A stretch of 63,481 nt of DNA, counting the filler, from Octopus bimaculoides (taxonomy: Eukaryota): NCBI RefSeq assembly GCF_001194135.2. It is 5 parts of 4 records of this genome, joined end to end, with 100 filler letters (N's around TTAATTAATTAA, not from the genome) between each part and the next. Parts side by side here need not be neighbours in the genome. Positions count along the whole stretch, not along the records: positions 20,230 to 37,956 come from NC_068981.1; positions 38,057 to 55,133 come from NC_068989.1; 3 more parts are not named here. One strand, 5' to 3'. Under the pieces are notes generated by a model, which did no database searches, had not been told where the DNA came from, and saw only the letters and a list, made by a program, of their open reading frames with translations. Shown here in pieces: positions 36,746 to 50,221 of this stretch; the stretch's first letter is position 1, and each line of letters starts with the position of its first letter. The translations under genes were made by a program, and so were the position numbers.

Positions 36746-38059
36746 GTAACATGATAAACTATATTTAAAACTTCCGTAGATGAAATATCTTCACAGACAA
36801 TTTCTATATAAAAATTGTTAGCGTTCAAATACATTTCTACAGTGACTTTCAAAACATCGATATTTCAAATATTGGGGAGATCGTATGCATTAAGGAAGGC
36901 ATGAATATCACGTGTTCAATTACCTTCCCATCCTTGAAATAAACCGCCAGTAATATTTCATCTACATGGAAAGCGCAGTAAATTCATGACGAAGCGACTC
37001 CACAAACTGCTTTAAATTTCCTTTTAAAACCATTTCTGTCACGCCATTGATAATGCTGTCGGGGAAAACAAGGTTATATAATATCATTTGTTATTCTTCA
37101 TAAATTAGAGACTCCTTCTATACAAGAATTCCAATATTCGTGCGACAAATAATCTATAATAAACACAATTATTCTACCGGTAATTATGCTCAGTCAAAAA
37201 AACTCTTGAGCAAATCTAGCATTACACATACATACACACACACATGGAAATGTACATGTGTGTGTGTATGTGTGTGTGTGTGTGTGTGTGCATGCTTGTG
37301 TGAGTTTGAGTGTGTGTGTTTACCTGATTCCAAACGCGAGAAAGAAAGTACTCCATACTAAAGAGCTGAGATTACATTCTGTTACTCGCAAGATTTATAA
37401 TATATACACACATGCACATACATACGCACACAATACACACATGCACACATGCACACAATACACACATGCAATATACACACATGCACATACATACGCACAC
37501 AATACCACGAGTATATATAGTTCTATCAATGAATGAATTAATAAATGAATGAGACGGACGGTAGACACATCGGCTCCCATGTAAGTTGCATTTTTCACCT
37601 CTTAAAAGACCTATTTTGTTTTAAAATTTTGTATAAATTGTGTATAACACAAAATACTTCGTGAACATATATTTTTCAAATCGGAAATAGCTCTATTTAG
37701 AGCCTTATTTCCAAAAATTCAAACATATCTTCCTCGTTCCTAGCCATATTCTGTAAAACGAATATGGCTAAGGTTTTCAACGAGGTCGACTTCCCGCTCC
37801 TAATGCCAGAGGCGAAAACACTTAATGGCGTTCCGCATGAACGCAGACAAGTGATGAAGAAGAGCAATGATTCTGAGTCAACTGCTGCTGCCTCAACCAC
37901 CACCACTACCACCATCACGTGTACAAACTCTGCTGCTACAGCAGTCTTGCCTGTCANNNNNNNNNNNNNNNNNNNNNNNNNNNNNNNNNNNNNNNNNNNN
38001 TTAATTAATTAANNNNNNNNNNNNNNNNNNNNNNNNNNNNNNNNNNNNNNNNNNNNTGT

Positions 38060-38280
38060 GTATACGTTTGTGTGCCTGTGTTTGTCCCCAAACATCACTT
38101 GACAACCGATGCTGGTGTGTTTATGTCCCCGTAACTTAGTGGTTCGGCAAAAGAGACCCGATAGCATAAGTACCAGGCTTACAAGGAATAAGTCCTGGGG
38201 TCGATTTGCTCGACTAAAGGCGGTGCTCCAGCATGGCCGCAGTCAAATGGCTGCAACAAATAAAAGAATAAAAGAAAGCC
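38060..38280 (+). mobile_element. SINE family B tail (head lost at the join)
   Basis: ttgacaaccgatgctggtgtgttt...ggcggtgctccagcatggccgcagtcaaatgg...aaaagaataaaag. Confidence 0.9.
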
Positions 38281-38381
38281 TGTATCCACACATATAAAGT
38301 CACTCTGATATATAAACGTACATATAAATTCATGCTAACACACGTACACCAATATGCGTCTACATATTCTCAATAGCATTT

Positions 38382-38649
38382 TTAAAATGCAATTAAATCG
38401 GAATTCTTATATGGCTCACAAGACAGCAGCTTCATCGAATTAATGGACATTACTTCCACTTGGCCGAAGACTTTCTTCTTGACCAGAGTGACCTTATGCT
38501 TGTTTGGTTTTCTCAATTTAAATGTTATAGATCGTCGTTCAGTATTTATGAAGAATGAAACGCACAAGGTTTTCACTTTGTATATACTTCTGCTGAAATA
38601 AATCAGGCATGAAAGCCTTCTCATGTTTGTCATGGAATAGGGTCGATAT
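38382..38649 (-). CDS. Candidate terminal exon (phase 2, 88 codons then stop): YRPYSMTNMRRLSCLIYFSRS...KNSDLIAF
   Basis: Acceptor ttaacatgtgcttcttcag followed by a long open frame in non-repetitive DNA; no homology recognised. Confidence 0.25.
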
Positions 38650-38729
38650 CTGAAGAAGCACATGTTAAGTAAACGCAACGAACATAACACACACAAACAC
38701 ATATATATACACACCAATATGCACAGAAG

Positions 38730-38799
38730 CATACATGCATGCATGCATACATACATACATACATACACACATACATATATACATACATACATACATACA

Positions 38800-38830
<31 letters not shown>
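38730..38830. repeat. (CATA)n microsatellite
   Basis: Direct inspection. Confidence 0.95.
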
Positions 38831-38832
<2 letters not shown>

Positions 38833-38854
38833 CTGGTGGATGCCAGAATCGGTA

Positions 38855-38930
38855 AATAATATTTGCATATCTCTTTTTACGTTCTGAGTTCAAATTCGTC
38901 TAAGCTGTCATTTATCCGGGGTCGACTGTA
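38855..38930 (+). mobile_element. SINE family A fragment
   Basis: tttacgttctgagttcaaattc...ccggggtcgac. Confidence 0.7.
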
Positions 38931-38983
38931 CTTTTAAATGCTATTCCACATAATTACAGTTAAATGACTGAAATCAGAAAAGA

Positions 38984-39032
<49 letters not shown>

Positions 39033-39774
39033 NNNNNNNNNNNNNNNNNNNNNNNNNNNNNNNNNNNNNNNNNNNNNNNNNNNNNNNNNNNNNNNNNNNN
39101 NNNNNNNNNNNNNNNNNNNNNNNNNNNNNNNNNNNNNNNNNNNNNNNNNNNNNNNNNNNNNNNNNNNNNNNNNNNNNNNNNNNNNNNNNNNNNNNNNNNN
39201 NNNNNNNNNNNNNNNNNNNNNNNNNNNNNNNNNNNNNNNNNNNNNNNNNNNNNNNNNNNNNNNNNNNNNNNNNNNNNNNNNNNNNNNNNNNNNNNNNNNN
39301 NNNNNNNNNNNNNNNNNNNNNNNNNNNNNNNNNNNNNNNNNNNNNNNNNNNNNNNNNNNNNNNNNNNNNNNNNNNNNNNNNNNNNNNNNNNNNNNNNNNN
39401 NNNNNNNNNNNNNNNNNNNNNNNNNNNNNNNNNNNNNNNNNNNNNNNNNNNNNNNNNNNNNNNNNNNNNNNNNNNNNNNNNNNNNNNNNNNNNNNNNNNN
39501 NNNNNNNNNNNNNNNNNNNNNNNNNNNNNNNNNNNNNNNNNNNNNNNNNNNNNNNNNNNNNNNNNNNNNNNNNNNNNNNNNNNNNNNNNNNNNNNNNNNN
39601 NNNNNNNNNNNNNNNNNNNNNNNNNNNNNNNNNNNNNNNNNNNNNNNNNNNNNNNNNNNNNNNNNNNNNNNNNNNNNNNNNNNNNNNNNNNNNNNNNNNN
39701 NNNNNNNNNNNNNNNNNNNNNNNNNNNNNNNNNNNNNNNNNNNNNNNNNNNNNNNNNNNNNNNNNNNNNNNNNC

Positions 39775-40384
39775 CTTATTTCTGACCACCAGCCGAATAT
39801 ACGCGTGGAGACAGCCAAAAGAAGCATTTGCCCCAGACTGCCTTCTTCCAACTGTTAAACTTGGAGGAGGATCTGTGATGATCTGGAGGGCTATATCTTG
39901 GAAATCCGCCGGCCCAATAGATTCCTCTCATGGCAGAATTAATAGTCAAGACTGTTTAAGCATTTTATCTGATCAAATTCATCTTATGATTGTGGAACTG
40001 TTTCCGGAGGGAAACGCAATCTTTCAGGATGATAATACACCAATTCACACAGCTAAAGTTGTTACTGAATGACACGAGGAATATTCTAGTGAAGTTGAAC
40101 ATCTTATCTGGCCACCACAGTCCTCAGATCTCAATATTACTAAACATTTATGGTGCATTTTAGAAAAACAAAGAGTCGATATCCTCCACCATCATCACTA
40201 CAAGAACTGGAGACTGTTTTAGCTGAAGAATGGACAAAAATTCCTTTGGAAATAATTCAAAGTTTATACGAGTCCATACCTCGTAGAATTCAAGCTGTAA
40301 TTACTGCCAAAGGCGGTCCTATCCCATATTAAAATAAATTTGTTTGAAATTTTAAGGTGTTTCCATTATTTTGTCCAGCCCCTG
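39775..40384 (+). mobile_element. Tc1-family transposase pseudogene, 3' part with right TIR
   Basis: TVKLGGGSVMIW, FQDDNTPIHTAK, WPPQSSDLN, SIPRRIQAVITAKGG; one internal stop and a frameshift; TIR ends ttttgtccagcccctg then TA. Confidence 0.95.
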
Positions 40385-40449
40385 TATATATATGTACATA
40401 TTCGTAGGTGAGTACATATATGTACATACACACAGATGTATATATATAC

Positions 40450-40485
<36 letters not shown>

Positions 40486-40760
40486 AAAATTATATATGTG
40501 TGNNNNNNNNNNNNNNNNNNNNNNNNNNNNNNNNNNNNNNNNNNNNNNNNNNNNNNNNNNNNNNNNNNNNNNNNNNNNNNNNNNNNNNNNNNNNNNNNNN
40601 NNNNNNNNNNNNNNNNNNNNNNNNNNNNNNNNNNNNNNNNNNNNNNNNNNNNNNNNNNNNNNNNNNNNNNNNNNNNNNNNNNNNNNNNNNNNNNNNNNNN
40701 NNNNNNNNNNNNNNNNNNNNNNNNNNNNNNNNNNNNNNNNNNNNNNNTACACATATATAA

Positions 40761-41619
40761 ATTACATGGAAAAAGGCGAGCAAGAGAAATAATATTCTTA
40801 AGATTATAAACCTGGAAAATTACAGGACAAGTTATTACACTTGGAAAAGTTCAGGACAGCTTATTACATCTGGTAAAGTACAGAACAAGAAAATTTAAAA
40901 TATTGCAGCTACAGATAAAATTTCAAATAGAATATTAGCTTTTATTAAAACTAAAAATTTTATTACAAGTTATTCTATTTGTTATTACTCGTTACTTCTA
41001 TCAATAATAAAAAAATAACTCAAAATGTTTTTTGTACTTAAAAAATTCATTTTTTCAATTATTAATTAATAATTAGAAATTTGAAAATAGGTTATAAAAA
41101 GTAATAGTAGCACATAATTGATTAGTACAATAAATATAATAATACAAAAATTAGTTATATATTACAGTAAAATCTACCTATAACAACAAATTCACAGTAA
41201 AATTTGCTTTAGTTATAGCTTAAGTTATTGCTAAGTCTTCACAGTTTTAGTCTTGACCCAATGTCTATTTTTTTTACATAATGAATTTGCCTACGATATA
41301 TACTATTCAACTTTGCAATAAAACTTTAGCTATATTGGTACTTCTGGCTATCATTTTTTAAGTATTGTAGTGTGTCAATATTTTAACAAAATGATGGTAC
41401 CTTTTTTTAATTATAATGTTACTTTTTAAATTAGAATTAAATGATTTTTAATATTCAAATTTTATCCTTAGCTGCAATATTTTAAGTAAAAATTTTCTTG
41501 TTCTGCACTTTATCAGATGTAATAAGCTGTCCTAAACTTTTTCAAGTGTAATAACTGTAATTTTCCAGGTTTATAATCTTAAGAATATCATTTCTTTTGC
41601 TCGCCTTTTTCCATGTAAT
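40761..41619. mobile_element. Non-autonomous foldback element with about 170-bp terminal inverted repeats
   Basis: 40761-40936 is the imperfect reverse complement of 41450-41619, around an AT-rich non-coding core. Confidence 0.8.
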
Positions 41620-43108
41620 CCATGTTTTTCCAGGCTATGCCATTATGTTAATTAATAATGTGTCAAAAGTGTCATTTAGCGGTGTCATTGATAATTTTTT
41701 CCTTACCTCAATGACGCCGATGACATATATTAAAAGTCCTCTCATAGAACTATACTCATAAAAAAGTATAAAACTATATGATCACCCTCAAATTTGAGAA
41801 ATAAACACTCATAACTTTTTTCTTGCATGAGATTAATACCATGAAATTCATCGAATTGAGCTCTATCGTTTAAGATTAACTGAAATATAGTTTGTTTTCA
41901 AAATAAAAAAGTTAACTATATACTTAAATCCAATTTTTTTTTGCCTTGCTTATATTTTTTTCATGATATTTTACTTCACACAACATTTTTGATACAAATT
42001 TTTGTTGCATGGGATCAAAACTATGAAATTCTTCATGCTTTCTTCTATCATTGAAGCTAAGATAACTATATTTTGCTTTCAAAATAAAAAATAGTTATTT
42101 AGATCTAAACTTGATTGGTGACGTTACTTACTCTCCTATAACGTTGCTACAAATTTTGATGTAAACCTTTTTTCTACTGGATCAAATCTCAATTTTTTTA
42201 TACCAAAATGTAGCTAGAGACCAGTCCTCTTCAAAAATGTTAACAGTTTTTAATTGGGTTAAGAACTTAATTAGCAACAAGCTCTGAAATGCTGCGTGTG
42301 AGTAAATTGCAGCTTTAAGAATATTATTCAACTACTACCGTAGTTGAATGATAAATATATGTATATACATATATATGAAATCCGCTTTCAAAGACAGATT
42401 TTATTTGAATGAGATCTTGGCGGATTTTTCTGGAAGGTCGAGAGACTTTGCAGAGACTCCTCTAATTCGTTAGTCCTTTCGTATATCATTGATATTCGGT
42501 TCAATTAGTGGCTATAATCAGAAGTAAGACTGACGTGAAGTGATCTGGTTCTCTTCCGTGGTTTTTGGATGTTTTACTTCACTTTGCCACCAGTAACTAA
42601 CGGACAACTTGAATGTCAGAACATCATTATTTCTATTTGTATCTGAACATATTTTATGCGACCTATTGATCGATTGATAGTGCAAATGCAACAATAAGTG
42701 ATCAATATGAAACACAAAACATTCCAACACAGTCTTTTGACAATTACCTTGACAACGCTGATTATCAAGGTAATCTTATTTAATCGGATTAGAGTTCATC
42801 TATTTTAGATTACAAAGTAGAAACAGGATGCATCTAAATCCGGTTATAAGTCAGTAATCCTGTTGTGTCTATAGTTATCAACATCAGAACAAGGTCAAAG
42901 TTCAGACCATTGGATTCCGTGGAAATTAACCTTCTCATATTCTCAATTGAATCGTTATGTAAACGAACATTTAAGCGTTCCCATACCTACCCTGTGTCTG
43001 TTATTTAAACTGAGCTGGCAGAACTATGAAACAAAAGTGAGCTATCTGTAGTTACCGATACGTGGTGTTATACTCCTATATACATTTTTACATACGTATA
43101 TGCGTGTG

Positions 43109-43159
<51 letters not shown>

Positions 43160-43571
43160 NNNNNNNNNNNNNNNNNNNNNNNNNNNNNNNNNNNNNNNNN
43201 NNNNNNNNNNNNNNNNNNNNNNNNNNNNNNNNNNNNNNNNNNNNNNNNNNNNNNNNNNNNNNNNNNNNNNNNNNNNNNNNNNNNNNNNNNNNNNNNNNNN
43301 NNNNNNNNNNNNNNNNNNNNNNNNNNNNNNNNNNNNNNNNNNNNNNNNNNNNNNNNNNNNNNNNNNNNNNNNNNNNNNNNNNNNNNNNNNNNNNNNNNNN
43401 NNNNNNNNNNNNNNNNNNNNNNNNNNNNNNNNNNNNNNNNNNNNNNNNNNNNNNNNNNNNNNNNNNNNNNNNNNNNNNNNNNNNNNNNNNNNNNNNNNNN
43501 NNNNNNNNNNNNNNNNNNNNNNNNNNNNNNNNNNNNNNNNNNNNNNNNNNNNNNNNNNNNNNNNNNNNNNN

Positions 43572-43741
<170 letters not shown>

Positions 43742-44470
43742 CTATGAAATATAAAGTTATTAGTAAGGGATTATCAATCCGAGCAAAATACTGTATAAGC
43801 TCTCTGTTAGTATACCGGGCTAAAAATATTGCTTAAATTAGGAAAGAACTCCACGTATTTTTGTGGTAGCGTACGAGGTTATAGTTCATTACGGTTTTCT
43901 ATACAGTAAATCCATGACTGTGTCCCAATTATACTGGTTCTATGTGCATGAATTTGGGGTGTATTAGGTATCGGGAAGGGGTAACACCTTTGACGGGGTA
44001 ATACGTTGCACTCTTAGGGGTGATTCGACGACTTTGGTCTCCCCCACCTGGCAGCCAACTCTCACACATGGTTTCAAGTAGCTGCTTGCATGCAACGACA
44101 GTAAATTGCTTCGACAGGCGGATTAAACCAGGTGAGGATAGCCAACAGGTATGTAAATCTTAGTTAATTTGGATTTAACTACATATGCTTGTTAAGAACG
44201 GATCCGAGGGGCTTTGCAGAAAAAAAAACATTCATGGATCAACAAAGATGAAGACAACTGCAGCAACGCATTGTGGAGTGCAAACTACAAGATGAGGCAA
44301 TCATGATATTTTGGTCTATTACTGCATCTGTTTCGATCCCTTATCATCTTAACCCGGACTTGTTACTGGATTGAAGATAGACACAAACAAGAGAAGTTGA
44401 CTGGGCGCAACTCTTCTTCACTTTAAACACAGTCACCACACAAGTCATCAGTCATCCCTGATCGAAGAAC

Positions 44471-44504
<34 letters not shown>

Positions 44505-44505
<1 letters not shown>

Positions 44506-45400
44506 GCGCAGGTGTGGCTGCATGATAAGAAGTTTGCTTCCCAACTACATGATTCCGGGTTCAGTCTCAATGCGTGGAAACTTGGGCAAGTGTCTTCTAA
44601 AAGAAGCCCATCGTATATATATATATAAATATATATATATANNNNNNNNNNNNNNNNNNNNNNNNNNNNNNNNNNNNNNNNNNNNNNNNNNNNNNNNNNN
44701 NNNNNNNNNNNNNNNNNNNNNNNNNNNNNNNNNNNNNNNNNNNNNNNNNNNNNNNNNNNNNNNNNNNNNNNNNNNNNNNNNNNNNNNNNNNNNNNNNNNN
44801 NNNNNNNNNNNNNNNNNNNNNNNNNNNNNNNNNNNNNNNNNNNNNNNNNNNNNNNNNNNNNNNNNNNNNNNNNNNNNNNNNNNNNNNNNNNNNNNNNNNN
44901 NNNNNNNNNNNNNNNNNNNNNNNNNNNNNNNNNNNNNNNNNNNNNNNNNNNNNNNNNNNNNNNNNNNNNNNNNNNNNNNNNNNNNNNNNNNNNNNNNNNN
45001 NNNNNNNNNNNNNNNNNNNNNNNNNNNNNNNNNNNNNNNNNNNNNNNNNNNNNNNNNNNNNNNNNNNNNNNNNNNNNNNNNNNNNNNNNNNNNNNNNNNN
45101 NNNNNNNNNNNNNNNNNNNNNNNNNNNNNNNNNNNNNNNNNNNNNNNNNNNNNNNNNNNNNNNNNNNNNNNNNNNNNNNNNNNNNNNNNNNNNNNNNTAT
45201 ACATACATACATACATACGTACATACATACATACACATACATACATATACACACATGTGTGCACATCTTTCTGTTTGTGTTTATTCCCCTCACCGCTTGA
45301 CACACGGTATTAGTTTGCCTACGCCTTTGTAACGTAGATATCCGGCAAAAATGGCTGGTATAATAAGTACCCAGTTTAAAAAGCAATAAGTACTGGGGCA
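44505..45400 (+). mobile_element. SINE family B spanning a gap (head 44505-44615, tail about 45260-45400)
   Basis: Head aggcgcaggtgtggctg...gattccgggttcagtc; tail accgcttgac...ggtataataagtacc. Confidence 0.75.
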
Positions 45401-45732
45401 GCACCCACACCTTTGGGAGCTGTGAACAACGGAATCCCATTCCTGAGAGATATGCATCCTACACGCGTTTTCCTTTTTTATTTCTTGAACACTAAGAGAA
45501 CAAGAACGCATTAACTAAGAAACAGGATTATATATGTATCATTTTAAGTATATATACCTGTTTTGTTTATAAAGTAACTTTGATTTTAACAGTATCGTTC
45601 ATTATTTACGGAAGGCACTAAAATTCTTTGTCCTGCTCGTAATTACGATTCGATTTTGATTCCAACTTAGAAATGTTTAAAAATTTCTAATTATGTTCTT
45701 CGGTAAGAAAAAAAAAAAAATAAGTAACATCT

Positions 45733-45965
45733 CTACATCCCCACATTAATGATTTTGTCCGATAAATCTTTATTTAAGAAAGGTGCCAAAGTTTTTGATG
45801 TTTCGAATGAACTAATATTCACTTCAATAATATTCAGTAACGTACTTGGGACTAAAAATAGATACCTTCCATTACACTTAACGTCATAAGCTTTTGTATT
45901 TATATAAGAAGAAATTGTGTAAGAATATGAATCAATCAACACAAGAGGAGATCGATTTAAGATGA
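45733..45965 (-). CDS. Candidate exon, weakly like the C-terminal half of an F-type lectin (FTP) fold: ILNRSPL...YDVKCNGRYLFLVPSTLLNIIEVNI
   Basis: Strong acceptor gtatttttataactttggcag; open to a stop at 45733; possible donors give lower bounds 45866 (phase 2) or 45846 (phase 1). Confidence 0.3.
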
Positions 45966-46476
45966 CTGCCAAAGTTATAAAAATACAGCGGAAGTTGTGG
46001 AGTATTCGCAGAAAATATTACTGGATAGCTGTTATACATACTAACATATAAACGGAAAGATAGGTAGACTAAATAAATCGATACGGAATAGCTTCCACAC
46101 ACACATAGAGACTATACATTTATGTAAATACATTTATATGTATCATATATACACATATATATGTATGTAAATATATTTATATACACACATATATATATAG
46201 GTAAGTATATATATATGTATGTAAGTATATATGTATCTATTTATCTGCCTATATAGATAGTTAGATAGATAGATTAAAAGACGTATGTAGAAATGTGGGA
46301 AAGAGAGACGGAGAAATTTCTAGACATGGAGAATTAAGATAAATGGAAAAGCAAAATTCTGTGTTGGATCGTACCTTGTTATAGAAACAAGCAAGGTGTG
46401 GTGAGAGAAAGAGAATAGAGAAGAAAAGTAACAACATAAATTAGAGTAGTCACTTTGCCCTTGCAGTTTACCAATT

Positions 46477-46553
46477 CCTTCTTCTTCTTCTTCTTCTTCT
46501 TCTTCTTCTTCTTCTTCTTCTTCTTCTTCTTCTTCTTCTTCTTCTTCTTCTTC
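46477..46553. repeat. (CTT)n microsatellite
   Basis: Direct inspection. Confidence 0.95.
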
Positions 46554-46889
46554 TCCGTCAGTGCGATAGTTTACCACTAACTGTCAGATTCAAAATTAAT
46601 CACACAACTTGTCTTTGGTTTACTTTGTCTATTTATAAAAGGCTTGTCATAATAGCCAGCGAAGATACAAACATATACAAGTACACTCATATACAACGCA
46701 CACACACACACACACACACANNNNNNNNNNTATATATATATATATATATGTTCATGAATCCAGCTATCTATCCAGAGCTAATCATGAATAAATAAATGAT
46801 GGATTGAACGCAAAAGAAAGAAAGAAAGAAGGAAAGAAGGAAGAAAGAAAAAGGGTGAAGGACGGGGAAATATTCCATAACGTATTGCC

Positions 46890-47100
46890 GCTTAGAAGAT
46901 ATCTAAAAAGAAGCGAAAATTGGCATCATCCTCAAAGAAGTGTGAGTTGCTAGAGGCGACCGGAACCAGGTCGTTAATGTACAGAAGAAAAAAGTGGTAG
47001 AAGCATAACTCATCCCTGCAGTAGACCAGAATTGGTAGAGTATGGTGGATCAGAGATATCGGCATATTTAGCAATGGAACGAACAGACAGAAGGCTTTCA
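46890..47100 (-). mobile_element. CR1/L2-like RT fragment
   Basis: FLLYINDLVPVASSNSHFFEDDA, a decayed LFLLYINDL...FADD, preceded by a PQGS-like remnant in another frame. Confidence 0.6.
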
Positions 47101-47203
47101 AGACAAAAGATTATATAATGAAAAATTGATGAAGCTCAGCTGGACAGCTTAGCCCAGAAATGTTCATACTAGAATGTGTCTAAAGCATTCATATACATAC
47201 ACG

Positions 47204-47238
<35 letters not shown>

Positions 47239-47256
47239 GGAGAGAGAGACATACAC

Positions 47257-47299
<43 letters not shown>

Positions 47300-47450
47300 T
47301 ATGCAGCGTACACAGTGAGCTCCTCATACGAACTCGGCTATCAGTTCACTTAGCAACAAATTGCAATGTAGTGTAATGCCAAGTGCCTGTGTGATTGAAA
47401 TTCCAGAAAATCTGAAGGCTGAGGGTTCAATATGTATACATGTATACACA

Positions 47451-47526
<76 letters not shown>

Positions 47527-47529
47527 GAT

Positions 47530-48070
47530 AGATAGATTTAATCAGGGTGGCTTGTTAGCAATTGCTTTCCCCACTCTCGCCTCCCTCACATCCCAACACC
47601 ACCACACCACACAACACACCACCACACCACACAGCACCATACTACACCACATCACATCACACCCCCACGCACACATTAGCACTGACCACTTCCCAGCAGC
47701 CACACCATCATCCACAAACCTACGCATGCACATATGCACACGTCAAGGTCACCTGCCCTCTTCCTCACGCACATACATGCTCTCTTATACACACGCACGC
47801 GCACCTTCGTCTTGGGATCACATCTACTTTATCATCTCCCCTCCTTCCCAGCTCTCCTGTGTGACCCCCTCTGTCCGGCATTCCCCATGACAGATCGCTA
47901 GCCACTACACATTCTTCATTTTCTCTCTCTGTTTCTTTCTGTGTTCCTTTCTGTAGAAGAGCGTAGGCTCCAAACGTTAAAGACTTTTTCACTTCTCGAG
48001 CGTTAAACTAATACATATGTTTGTTGTCTACACCACCTGTCTTCATCCTTTCTTTTTGTGAATTCTCCCC
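47530..48070 (+). mobile_element. C-rich repeat ending in a decayed hammerhead-like motif, probable Penelope-like element end
   Basis: CTTT-CTGTAGA-A-GAGC-gtag-GCTC-CAAAC-GTT-AAAG at 47947-47982; same layout as 58057-58102. Confidence 0.5.
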
Positions 48071-48682
48071 CCTATATATATATATATGTATGTATAGGTT
48101 TAAAAATTTGTGTTGCAAGATTCTTGATGTGAAACAGTGTGTTTAAACGGATATTGTTATATTTCGAGATGGTCATTTCTTTCTTTTTTTTTGCCAAATA
48201 AACACACGCATTATATATTCGTACTTCGCTCGTTTGTTACTGATCTTAATTTGATGTTTCTGTAAGATAAATGCATATAAATACACAGACACATTATTCT
48301 CTTCATTTGCACATCTTCAAATGTAATCGTTTATATGCACTAGCAGTTGAAGTATAGCTGAATGTAGGTGTAGTGCGAGCTGTGCTGAAGTATAAATTTT
48401 GAAGGAAATCTCTCTGAGGTTAAGTTCTCTGCATGAAAGAGATTGAACAATTCAGGTTTGAAATGAAAATCACGGAATTGATTTACAAGTTATTTACATC
48501 TTATCTGCAAACATGTCAGCTAATTAATGTCTTCGTTGTTTGTGTGTATGTTGTGAGATGTATAGACAAATTAGTAGAAGAAAAAAATAGAAAAGGATAA
48601 AGCTTAAAAGAAACATAGAGAAACACATACACACATACACACACACGCGCATATATTTACATATATAGAGATACATGCATAC

Positions 48683-48755
<73 letters not shown>

Positions 48756-49258
48756 GATCGATCAATCCATCCATCCATCCATTCATCTATATAGTGATTA
48801 GTTATATATATATATANNNNNNNNNNNNNNNNNNNNNNNNNNNNNNNNNNNNNNNNNNNNNNNNNNNNNNNNNNNNNNNNNNNNNNNNNNNNNNNNNNNN
48901 NNNNNNNNNNNNNNNNNNNNNNNNNNNNNNNNNNNNNNNNNNNNNNNNNNNNNNNNNNNNNNNNNNNNNNNNNNNNNNNNNNNNNNNNNNNNNNNNNNNN
49001 NNNNNNNNNNNNNNNNNNNNNNNNNNNNNNNNNNNNNNNNNNNNNNNNNNNNNNNNNNNNNNNNNNNNNNNNNNNNNNNNNNNNNNNNNNNNNNNNNNNN
49101 NNNNNNNNNNNNNNNNNNNNNNNNNNNNNNNNNNNNNNNNNNNNNNNNNNNNNNNNNNNNNNNNNNNNNNNNNNNNNNNNNNNNNNNNNNNNNNNNNNNN
49201 NNNNNNNNNNNNNNNNNNNNNNNNNNNNNNNNNNNNNNNNNNNNNNNNNNNNNNNNNN

Positions 49259-49297
<39 letters not shown>

Positions 49298-49773
49298 GGT
49301 TCTTTCATTCAGTCTCTCTTTCTCTCTTGCTCTCTGTCTCTGTCTGCCTTTGTCCCTCTCTCTTTCTCTCTGTCTGTCCCTCTCTCTATATATACATGTG
49401 CGTGAGTGCGTGCGTGTGTTGTGTGTATGTTTGGGTGCGCGCGCGTGTATGTATGTATGCATGTATGTTTGTACGTATGTATGTATAATTAGCGAGGGAG
49501 AGAGAGAGAAGTTACGGTAATAGTTATGTGAGAAATAAAGGGAGAGGAATATAAAGAAGACGAATAGGGGGAGAGGGAAAGTTGGAAGTGGAAAGTAGAA
49601 GGAGTAAGTCGAAAAGTTTAGCTCATGACGTAGATTGACCATTGGAACACATTCAAAACATTTGAGTATTTTGGGAAATAATTTGGTAAATGATGGAAAC
49701 GAGTTCGATTTTTAATCGATCTGATGTCAAAATTATCCCCATTCTATATTTTTCTTTGTTCGTTTAATTTTAG

Positions 49774-49947
49774 CCATAATGATCATCAAACTGAGACTCA
49801 TTCAAATAGAATCCTCGCTATTTGGTGTGTCTTGTATTATAAATGTTTGAAATATTGCGTTATGGACACCTCTGTCGTGGTATCAATCCACCAGTTGAGA
49901 CTTGCAATTGGAGTCTGTAACTATTCGCCATTAATGAGTATAAATAT
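49774..49947 (+). CDS. Candidate exon (174 nt, phase 2 to 2): HNDHQTETHSNRILAIWCVLYYKCLKYCVMDTSVVVSIHQLRLAIGVCNYSPLMSIN
   Basis: Strong acceptor tttttctttgttcgtttaattttag, donor TAT|GTAAGT, single open frame end to end. Confidence 0.4.
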
Positions 49948-50221
49948 GTAAGTTTGCAAAACAGTGCCTACTGCTCATTTAGTTTTTTCATAAGTCGTTG
50001 TAAGCTAGAATCTTTTCTGTACAGCAGATGACATAAAAACTGATGAAGCAGTGATGGACAGGAAGATCTAATCGATTTGTTTTCAAGATCGTTCTGCAGA
50101 GAAAGATTTTTGGTGCAACGTTGGACTCTATTTCCACATCGAGGTATGTTTGCATATTAAATCGAGGTTTAGTAGTAAATCAGCAAATAAAATAAAACAT
50201 ACATTTATTAACTCATAAAAT

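Noticed and set aside
36388-36852. 154-aa minus ORF
   Set aside because: About a third is microsatellite; the candidate donor would create a stop when joined to 33824; overlaps a plus-strand candidate.
43990-44460. Possible RTE-type LINE 5' region
   Set aside because: GC-richer island but no translatable motif to anchor it.
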